Below, piece after piece: positions 53,050-64,000 of a DNA stretch of 64,000 nucleotides. Numbering within the stretch: the stretch's first letter is position 1; each line of letters opens with the position of its first letter. Made by a program: the position numbers and the translations under genes. The stretch is from contig OX597830.1 in NCBI GenBank assembly GCA_951406725.2, forward strand, positions 2,294,001-2,358,000. The letters run 5' to 3'. Source of the DNA: Octopus vulgaris. Lineage: Eukaryota. Below the pieces are notes generated by a model, which saw nothing but the letters and a program-made list of their open reading frames with translations, made no database searches and had not been told where the DNA came from.

Positions 53050-53608
53050 TAAATGCCCTGATGCAGTACCAGGCAGTGGCTCTCATGGCTTCTGATCTTA
53101 ACTGATTGGAAGTGTTATCATGTACATTGTTTTGTCTTGGTATAAAAGATGGGCTACAGCAAATATTCTGCTCAATACCACAGATTTGCTTGTCAGTTGT
53201 TTGACCTTAACCAGTTGAGCATGTCCCTTAGTGGCTGACAATATGGGCATCTCTGATCACGAGCAGAAGTAGTGGGGGACCATCATAGCCATGTGTTGAG
53301 AAGGATTCTTTGGGGTTTGAATAATTCACCTCTGGAAACATGTGTGTTTCGTTCAATGTCCTTAAACAACCCTTATTCAGGGACCTTTTGAGCGGGATGG
53401 GTTACTCGATCTGAAGAAAATTCTAACTGGGCTCCACCTGCAAGGTCATGTGCTGTTTATCTTGATATGAGATCACCATGTCGCGCACATATGGTTGTGA
53501 TGCATGTACCTGGTGTACCCTTATCAGACGGGTAGTCATGATGGGTATACTGGGCTTCGTATATCTTACCCCAGTGTCACTTTGATGGCATGCTCTGCTC
53601 GCTCACTC
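53050..53608 (+). mobile_element. ~560 bp non-coding repeat inserted in (TAA)n (likely the 3' end of a TAA-targeting retroelement)
   Basis: Complex sequence with sharp boundaries inside the array, ending cactc-aataataat. Confidence 0.55.
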
Positions 53609-53631
53609 AATAATAATAATAGTAGTAGTAG

Positions 53632-53690
<59 letters not shown>

Positions 53691-53700
53691 GTAGTAGTAG

Positions 53701-53777
<77 letters not shown>

Positions 53778-53787
53778 GTAGTAGTAG

Positions 53788-53822
<35 letters not shown>

Positions 53823-53838
53823 GTAGTAGTAGTAATAA

Positions 53839-53870
<32 letters not shown>

Positions 53871-53910
53871 ATATTAATAATAATAATAATAATAATAATA
53901 GTAGTAGTAG

Positions 53911-53961
<51 letters not shown>

Positions 53962-53978
53962 TATTAATAATAATAATG

Positions 53979-54012
<34 letters not shown>

Positions 54013-54143
54013 TAATAATAATAGTAATGATAATAATAATAATAATAATGATAATAATAGTAATAATAATAATAATAATGATAATAATAATAATAATAAT
54101 TATAATAATAATAATAATAATGATAATAATAATAATAGTAGTA

Positions 54144-54219
<76 letters not shown>

Positions 54220-54296
54220 TAATAATAGTAATTATAATAATAATAATGATAATAATAATAATAATAATAATAATGATAATAATAAAAATAGTAGTA

Positions 54297-54369
<73 letters not shown>

Positions 54370-54428
54370 TATTAATAATAATAATGATAATAATAGTAAT
54401 AATAATAATAATAATAATAATGTTAATA

Positions 54429-54504
<76 letters not shown>

Positions 54505-54529
54505 TAATAATAATAATAATAATAATAAG

Positions 54530-54607
<78 letters not shown>
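53609..54607. repeat. ~1 kb (TAA)n degenerate array
   Basis: Read directly from the sequence. Confidence 0.97.
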
Positions 54608-56741
54608 GAGAACAAAAATGCTCCGCAAATATAACATCACAGAAAAAGATTTGCCGGAGATAAAAGAAAAGCTGAAGCAAGATATCCTTGCCAAAGCTCA
54701 AAGGATCCGCCGGTACGAGAAACGCCAACGCTTATTTGAACAGAACAAAAAGTTCAACTCCAACCCCAAAAAGTTCTACCAAGAACTGGGAAAAAATAAA
54801 ATAGAAGTCACTGCAGCACCAACGGCAGAAGAATTGGAAGAATTCTGGAGAGAAACATGGTCGGCGATCGAACAGCCAAAAAAAGGAGTATCAAAATAAC
54901 AAACTCGGCATCTGAACAACTTTGGACCCCCATAACAACTGAAGAGGTCACCCAGGCACTGCAAAAACTAAGAAACTGGAAGGCACCTGGGCATGACAAG
55001 ATCCCCAACTTCTGGTTGAAATATCTAACAGGAATGCACAAAAAGCTGGCTGAAAACTTTAACAGCATACTAGCAGAGCCAGAGACAATGCCCGAATGGC
55101 TCACGAAGGGGAAAACCATCTTAATTCCCAAATCAAATGAAACAACAAAACCAGAAAACTACAGACCAATAACCTGCCTCCCTACTATGTTCAAGGCATT
55201 GACTGCAGTGATATCACAAAGGCTGAACAAGCACCTGGACGAAAACAAACTGTTCCCAGAAGTGCAGAAAGGATGCCGCAAAGGCTCATATGGCTGTAAA
55301 GATCAACTAATGATTAATAAAGCTGTAACTGAAGACAGCCACAGAAAGAAGAAAGGCCTCAGTATGGCCTGGATTGACTACAAAAAGGCGTTTGATAGCA
55401 TCCCCCACACATGGATCCTCGAAACACTAGCCATTAACAAAGTAGCACCAACAATCATAAAATTCATAGAGCACTCTATGAATAAATGGCAAACAGTCCT
55501 ACACCTCCAAACAAAAGAGGGACTCATGAAAAATACTGACAGGATCTGGGATGCATCACTCAAAATCTGACATAGAAAGACTATATATACAATGTATAGA
55601 AGGTGGTAGAGGCCTTATACAACTGGAAAACTACTATAAAATAACCACCATAGGACTGCAAAAATACCTACTTCAGAAGGAAGGAAAACTGATCCAGATA
55701 GCAGCAAAACACGAGCAAAACAAAAAACTGTTCTTGGTATTTAAGGAAGCTGACAAATACAAACAAAAAATCATACCACCTAATAAACACGAAGAAGAAG
55801 AAGAAGAAGATGAAGAAGCAACAAAAGCTATAAAACAAATGAAATCCAAACTAAAAATAGAACAGCAACGAGCCATGATAAAACGATGGCAAGAAAAGCC
55901 CCTTCATGGTAAATACTGCACTAAACTAAACGCAAAAGAAATAGACAAAGAAAAATCCCAGCAATGGTTGAGAAGCTCAGGACTCAAAGCAGAAACAGAG
56001 GGATTTTTAATTGCAGCACAAGACCAAAGCCTCCCCACCAGAAATTACCAAAAACATGTAATGAAAAGAAATATTACAAGTAACTGCAGAATATGTGGAG
56101 ATGGACAAGAAACAATAAATCATATTATCTCTAGCTGCCCAGTCCTGGCTAAGAAGGAATATATTCACAGACATGACAGAGTTGGAACCTACATACATTG
56201 GAAGCTATGCCAACATTATGGAATAACAACAGAAAAAAGATGGTATAGGCACACACCAGAAAATGTCACAGAAAACGAGAAAGCAACCATACTCTGGGAT
56301 ATGCCGATACATACAGATAGAAAAATTAAGGCCAACAGACCAGATATAGTTGTCAGAGATCATGAAGAAAAAAAGTGCTTTCTAATTGATGTATCAATAC
56401 CGGCTGATGACAATGTGTCTCTAAAAGAAATGGAGAAACTCTCAAAATACAAAGACCTGGAAATAGAGGTAACTAGAATGTGGAACCTGAAAACAGAAAC
56501 AATTCCTATCATAGTAGGTGCATTAGGCATGATAAAAAAATATTCAGACAAATACATAACAAAAACACCAGGACTTACAAACACATACAGAAAATTGCAC
56601 TACTAGGCACTGCACACATCCTACGCAGAACACTTTCCATACAATAACCATCAGAGCATCACAACAAATCACAGCACATACCCAAGGCACACAGAGCTGC
56701 ACTCGGTAGTGAAGTGAAAGGACGCTATAAAAATAAAACTA

Positions 56742-56744
<3 letters not shown>
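54608..56744 (+). mobile_element. R4/Dong-type RLE LINE copy 1 (5'-truncated, ~590 bp internal RT deletion)
   Basis: NWKAPGHD, YRPITCL, QKGC, IDYKKAFDS; CRICG..ETINHIISSC, RHD, RPDI..LIDVSIP..KLSKY. Ends actactg-(AAT)n. Confidence 0.92.
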
Positions 56745-56806
<62 letters not shown>

Positions 56807-56874
56807 TAATAATAATAATAGTAATGATAATAATAATAATAATAATGATAATAATAATAATAATAATAATAATG

Positions 56875-56926
<52 letters not shown>

Positions 56927-56934
56927 TAATAATA

Positions 56935-57010
<76 letters not shown>

Positions 57011-57011
57011 T
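56745..57011. repeat. (TAA)n array
   Basis: Read directly from the sequence. Confidence 0.95.
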
Positions 57012-59049
57012 AGATCAACTAATGATTAATAAAGCCGTAACTGAAGACAGCCACAGAAAGAAGAAAGGCCTCAGTATGACCTGGATTGACTACAAAAAGG
57101 CGTTTGATAGCATCCCCCACACATGGATCCTCGAAACACTAGCCATTAACAAAGTAGCACCAACAATCATAAAATTCATAGAGCACTCTATGAATAAATG
57201 GCAAACAGTCCTACACCTCCAAACAAAAGAGGGACTCATGAAAGCCAAAGACATCCCCATTAGAAGAGGAATATTCCTGGGAGACATGCTCTCTCCACTC
57301 CTTTTCTGCTTGGCACTGTCACCTCTATCTGATATGCTAAATAGAACTGGATGCGGATATAAATGTTACGGCAAAACGATCAGCCACCTTTTATATATGG
57401 ATGACCTAAAACTATACGCTGCAAATGACAAACAGCTGGAAACACTATTAAAGACAGTTCATGGATTTACCAAAGAAATAGATATGAAATTTGGATTAGA
57501 AAAATGCGCCAAAGTAACCATGAAAAGAGGAAAACTAGTTAAGAGTAACAATATCACACTAGATAAAACCAATGAAATAAAAGAATTAGACCAAAGCCAA
57601 AATTACAAATACTTAGGAATCCATGAACTAGATAAGACACAACACACACAAATGAAAGAGAAAATAAAAAAAGAATATTATAGACGAGTTAGATCAATAC
57701 TAAAAACAGAGCTCAATGCTAAAAACAAGATAATAGGTATCAACACTTTTGCTGTCCCAGTTATAAGTTACAGCTACAATATCCTTAACTGGACACAAAA
57801 TGAACTGTCCAAAATAGATAGTAAAACAAGAAAAATACTGACAGGATCTAGGATGCATCACCCAAAATCTGACATAGAAAGACTATATATACAACGTATA
57901 GAAGGTGGTAGAGGCCTTATACAGCTGGAAATCTACTATAAAATAACCACCATAGGACTGCAAAAATACCTACTTCAGAAGGAAGGAAAACTGATCCAGA
58001 TAGCAGCAAAACACAAGCAAAACAAAAATCTGTTCTCAGTATTTAAGGAAGCTGACAAATACAAACAAGAAATCATACCACCTAATAAACACGAAGAAGA
58101 AGAAGATGATGAAGAACAACAAAAGCTATAAAACAAATGAAATCCAAACTAAAAATAGAACAGCAACGAACCATGATAAAACGATGGCAAGAAAAGCCCC
58201 TTCATAGTAAATACTGGACTAAACTAAACGCAAAAGCAATAGACAAAGAAAAATCCCAGCAATGGTTGAGAAGCTCAGGACTCAAAGCAGAAACAGGGGG
58301 ATTTTTAATTGCAGCACAAGACCAAAGCCTCCCCACCTGAAATTACCAAAAACATGTAATGAAAAGAAATATTACAAGTAACTGCAGAATATGTGGAGAT
58401 GGACAAGAAACAATAAATCATATTATCTCTAGCTGCCCAGTCCTGGCTAAGAAGGAATATATTCACAGACATGACAGAGTTGGAACTTACATACATTGGA
58501 AGCTATGCCAACATTATGGAATAACAACAGAAAAAAGATGGTATAGGCACACACCAGAAAATGTCACAGAAAACGAGAAAGCAACCATACTCTGGGATAT
58601 GCCGATACACACAGATAGAAAAATTAAGGCCAACAGACCAGATATAGTTGTCAGAGATCATGAAGAAAACAAATGCTTTCTAATTGATGTATCAATACCG
58701 GCTGATGACAACGTGTCTCTAAAAGAAATGGAGATACTCTCAAAATACAAAGACCTGGAAATAGAGGTAACTAGAATGTGGAATCTGAAAACAGAAACAA
58801 TTCCTATCATAGTAGGTGCATTATGCATGATAAAAAAATATTCAGACAAATACATAACAAAAACACCAGGAATTACAAACACATATAACATACAGAAAAT
58901 TGCACTACTAGGCACTGCACACATCCTACGCAGAACACTTTCCATACAATAACCATCAGAGCATCACAACAAATCACAGCACATACCCAAGGCACACAGA
59001 GCTGTGCTCGGTAGTGAAGTGAAAGCACGCTATAAAAATAAAACTACTG
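57012..59049 (+). mobile_element. R4/Dong-type RLE LINE copy 2 (5'-truncated; frameshift and stop)
   Basis: GIFLGDMLSPLLF, HLLYMDD, YKYLG, CCHC and PD-D endonuclease. Same 3' end as copy 1. Confidence 0.92.
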
Positions 59050-59077
59050 AATAATAATAATATTAATAATAATAATG

Positions 59078-59135
<58 letters not shown>

Positions 59136-59259
59136 TAATACTGATGATAATAATAGTAATAATAATTGTAATAATAATAATAATAATAATAAGAATAATA
59201 ATAATAATGATAATAATAGTAATAATAATAATAATAATAAGAAGAAGAAGAAGAAGAAG
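59050..59259. repeat. (TAA)n-(AAG)n array
   Basis: Read directly from the sequence. Confidence 0.95.
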
Positions 59260-60189
59260 GCTGGACGTGTTTTTCGCTGCTCTGACCAACCCAGCATGAC
59301 AACGGAAAAACCGGAAGATCTACTGTTTTCTGTGAGTAATTTGAATTTCCCTCAAAATAAGCTAAGGAACTTACATATCTACAGCTTTGCACATACAAGC
59401 GAACACCTAACAAAGAATTTAGAATCATAAATATCTCCAATTTTATGTGAACAGTCTGCCTTTTATTGTAACAACACAATTAAATGCACGATAAAAAAAC
59501 TATGGAAGTAAGCGTATACCAATATATATACACTGCACAACTACAAAAACTGTAAACCACAGCATAACTTTTCAAAAGAAAAGAAAAATTTCTGAGCATT
59601 CGAAAATGTAAACATTCTTCCCTTTGCAAAAATCTTATTTTTTTTTCCAAATGGACATCTCAAGAATACTTAAAAACTTTAATATATTACCCAAACACGT
59701 AAACACGTAAACTTTTATTGCAACAACACAATTGAACTCAGAAATTTTTTTAAAAAAATCATCCAGTGAATATCAGAAAATATGCCTGTGGGAATATACA
59801 TATACATATGTGTATGGGTATATATATATAGCTGGATTGCTTCTCAAGATAACGCTGGTACTAGTAAACAGGTTTGACCTCTCCCTGACCCAAAATGTCC
59901 TTTGTCCACCATCTGATGAATCTATTTATAGAACATGACCACTTGACCATGGCGATGGTGATGGTGATGGGAATAATAATAATAATAATAAGCTACAGCT
60001 GTGACTACACATAAAACAATGTCATTGATGATGATGATGATGATGATGACGGTGATGATGATAATTCTTTTTTTTTTTTTTTTTTCTCGTATTTTACTCT
60101 CATTTTTTCGAACTAATACAGGCAGAGTGAACCTTTCATAGGTTTAAAAAAAAAAGTGAATGAATAAATAAAAAGAAGAAGGGAAAACT

Positions 60190-63100
60190 ATGTCTGGAGA
60201 TAAAACTATCAACAAAAAAATACAGACGGATACAGATCTGCTAGCCTTAGGAAACTGCGCTTCGAACAATGTTTACGTGCAGAGAATCCTAAACTGACAG
60301 ATCCGTCTCTTAATGTAAGAGTCGAAGCTCGTCATGCTTCAACGTCAACAAAACAACCTACAATCCGCGATGGTCGACGAGCGGACTACAAAAGACCACG
60401 TACCCGAAAATTGAACCAAAGTCTGATTGAAAAATCAGCTACTGGATCAAATCTTCCCGACATACAGGAGCTGGACATACCCCGCAACTGGAATATTCCA
60501 ACAGATGGCCATCCATGCTCGTCACCAAACACTCAAAAGAAAAAGAAGAAAAAATGGACTAGGGAAGATAATAAAGAAGTTCTTGCGGCCTTCTACCATG
60601 CCATATATTTCCCCACAGATAAATCGAACACTATACAAACCTGCATAAACTGGAGACAGAAACACCCTGAAGTAAGACCCTACATAGACAGTAACAAACT
60701 TGCCAACGTCAGAAGAAACATTATAAAAAAAAAATACTGACTGAAGTAGAGATTGATCAAATTAGACAAGCAGTAACGGATAAAATTAACGAAGCTGCAG
60801 CTAAAGAAGATAATACAGAGGAAATAATTATAGACCAGCTCAGAGCTAATAAAAACGAAGTAAGGATTGAAAGAGTTAGTATAAGTGATAGGCAAAGTGA
60901 AATACTCCCTGAACCAAATATAAACACTAAGACAGATGAACATCAAATAGATGAAGAAAGTCACACAAATATTGACCTGACAGAACTACATGAGCTAAAA
61001 AGTCAAATCATGATTGAATGGCTGAAAATTAAAGAAACCAGTATGGATGGACGTGATACACTCCCTAAAATTCGCAACTCTAACCAAAACATGAAAATAA
61101 TTGGTAAAACCCGGCTTGCACTTAAAGATATAATTTCAGCTAATGATGTTGATATCACAGATCTCAACCACCTGTACTATGCATCCACGAAAATCTCAAC
61201 GATCCTATGTGGTGAAAAGATTAGAAAACGGCAACATTTCCACAAAAAGCCTTCTTGGCAAGAGCGTTTGCAACAACAAATTAAACAATTTAGATCTGAT
61301 ATTGAATATTTGAAAAACCTTAAGGTTCATAAGACTACCAAACCTACAAAAACCCAAAAACTAATGAAAAAATATAATATGAAAACTATACTTGATATTG
61401 ATGCCACCATAGAAACCATCAAGCAAAAGGTATCTGCTAAAGCTACCCGCATAGCGAGGTATGAAAAGCGTGTTAGATTCTTCAGGGACAACAACATGTT
61501 CAAAAATAGCCGCAAAAATTTTTACAGGAAGATAGGAAAAACAACAGTTACTGTAAAGTCTGTACCATCAAAAGAAGAAGTGCAGGGATTTTGGAATAAA
61601 GTTTGGGCAGAAGAAAAAACACACAGTGAAAAGGCCCTCTGGATTGATAGAATATCTAAAGAACTGGACTCCTTAGAAGAGCAAAAGTGGGAGAGTGTCA
61701 AGGTAGAAGATATAAGATCTGCTCTCAGGAGGTCAAGCAAATGGAAGTCTCCAGGAAAGGATAAAATCCCTAACTTTTGGTTGAATGCCTTCCCAGAGAG
61801 CCATGAACTGCTAACAGAACTTTACAATGATGTTTTGCAACATCCTAGTAGGATGCCTCCTTGGCTAGTTAATGGGTTAACATTCCTGCTTCCAAAAAGT
61901 GAAGAAACAAATGAACCAAAAAACTATAGACCCATAACCTGCTTAACAACTATGTATAAAACACTAACATCTGTCCTGACGGAATATACCTATAATTTTT
62001 TGACAGACAGCAGCATATTCCCTAATGAACAGAAAGGATGTAAACGTGGATCCTACGGTTGTAAAGATCAACTACTCATCAATAAGATGATCTTAGAAGA
62101 TTGTCACAAACGACACAAAAACTTATCAATAGCCTGGATAGACTATAAAAAGGCTTTTGATAGCCTACCACATAGCTGGATTAAGAAATGCCTAGAAATG
62201 TATAAGATAGCACCTACTCTGTGAAACTTTTTGTCTGTAAGTATGAGATTATGGAGAACCACATCAACTTTGAACAGTGACAATGAATCTCTAAATGCTA
62301 GAGATGTAAAAATCTCATGTGGCATTTTCCAGGGTGACTCACTATCACCACTCCTCTTCTGTTTAGCCTTAATACCTCTCTCAAAACTGCTCAATGACAC
62401 GCAGTACGGGTATAAAATGTTTGATAAAAATATAAATCATCTCATTTACATGGATGATTTAAAGCTCGTTGCAAAAAATGACCAACAACTCAAGGGCTTA
62501 CTAGCGATTGTTAAACAATTCAGTGATGACATCAGAATGAAATTTGGCCTCGATAAATGTGCAAAAACTACCTTTATCAAAGGAAAAATGACAGAAACAT
62601 CTAACGTTAACCTTGACCAGCAGCACGTCATAAAAGAGTTAGACTCAGCGGAGAGCTACAAGTACCTAGGGATAATTGAAGGAGAGGGAATAAGGCATTC
62701 AGTGATGAAGGAAAGGATCAGGAGAGAATGTTATCGCAGAGTAAGAGCAATACTCAAGACAGAGCTGAATGCGAGAAACAGGATCGAAGCAATCAATGCA
62801 TTAGCCATACCAGTTGTGACTTACAGTTTCAATATCGTTAACTGGTCATTTACTGAAATATGTAATCTTGACAGAAAAATACGAAAACTGTTGACAATGC
62901 ATAGAATGCACCACCATAAGGCAGATACATAACGACTTTATCTGCCAAGAAAAGAGGGAGGCCGTGGACATTTACAACTGGCAATAACAATGAAGATTGC
63001 TACAATTGGCCTAGACACCTACCTGAAAAACTCTGAGGACTGGATGTTAAAACATGTCTCAAAACATGAAAACAAGAAAGCATCATACTCAGTAACAAAA

Positions 63101-64000
63101 CAGGCAAAGGAATATCTTTGTGAATTCCGAATACAACAAATTTCAGAATTAGAGATAGACATACAAGAAACAGGCACAGAAAAGGCTAAGCGCATGAAAA
63201 CCCGTGCTAAATCTGCGGCCTTAGATATTCTGAATGATAAATGGCAAGAAAAACCTCTCTATGGCAAATACCCAAAGAGAGCAAATAATGCAGATGTTGA
63301 CAAAGCCCTGACCCATCAATGGCTAATGGCCTCTGGCTTAAAATCTGAAACAGAGGGGTTTATCATAGCAGCTCAAGATCAATGCCTACCAACAAGAAAC
63401 TACCAGGCCAACATATTAAAGATCAGAAGCAGTCCAACGTGTCATGTATGCCAGCAATAAAATGAAACCATTGACCATGTGGTCTCCAAGTGCAGTCTTC
63501 TAGCGCCTACAGAGTATCTCAACAGACACAATAGAGCTGCACAATATATTCACTGGGTAATCTGCAAAAACCTGGATTTGCCCCATGAAAAAAACTGGTG
63601 GGAACACAAACCACCCCCAGTGCTTGAAAATGACCACATCTCACCCCTCTGGAACTTCACCATTCAAACTGACAGAAAGATAGATGCAAATAGGCCAGAC
63701 ATCATATTGAAAGACTTCAAACAAAGAACATGCCTCCTCATTGATATGACTGTCCCAATCGATATAAACGTATCTGTCAAGACCTACCAAAAACTGAGCA
63801 AATATAAAGATCTTGAAATAGAAATCAGCAAAATGTGGAAGCTGAAGACTAAAACAATACCTGTTGGCTGATAGCTACCTAACTCAGATACCAGGAAACT
63901 CCAAAATGGCAGAAATTCAAAAGATAGTGCTCATGGGAACTGCTCATATCCTACGCAAAATACTTTCTATGTAATCTCAAGGTTTAAAACAAACATAATT
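60190..64000 (+). mobile_element. R4/Dong-type RLE LINE of a different subfamily, near full length, degenerate; 3' UTR runs off the window
   Basis: KWTREDN N-terminus, KWKSPGKD, YRPITCL, GIFQGDSLSPLLF, HLIYMDD, CHVC..H..C, RHN, RPDI..LIDMTVP. Several stops and frameshifts. Confidence 0.92.

Noticed and set aside
53504-54694. Poly-N, poly-I and poly-L ORFs
   Set aside because: (TAA)n array translations.
59913-59940. CTGATGAA-TCTAT-tt-ATAGA hammerhead-like start
   Set aside because: Lacks the GAAA box and stem I.

Overview
Eukaryotic, AT-rich DNA made almost entirely of repeats, with no supportable host gene. The SINE, LINE and microsatellite repertoire looks molluscan and most resembles Octopus (inference from recognised repeat families; no database search was run). 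Retroelements: at least three Penelope-like element (PLE) families (RT plus GIY-YIG), two CR1/L2-group LINEs, a near full-length RTE with a PHD finger inside its RT, a Tx1/L1-type ORF1 fragment, three R4/Dong-type RLE LINEs at (TAA)n tracts, and many tRNA-SINEs. There are also two Tc1/mariner fossils. Most of the short ORFs in the track are microsatellite translations. The main signal the ORF track misses is about a dozen minimal type I hammerhead ribozyme (HHR) motifs or relics in PLE terminal repeats and ORF-less elements. They fall into several architectures: long stem-II inserts, palindromic stem III, U3-A8 covariation, and A6U or CUGAUGCA core variants. One HHR element forms a spacerless ~1.56 kb palindrome (10391-11947).
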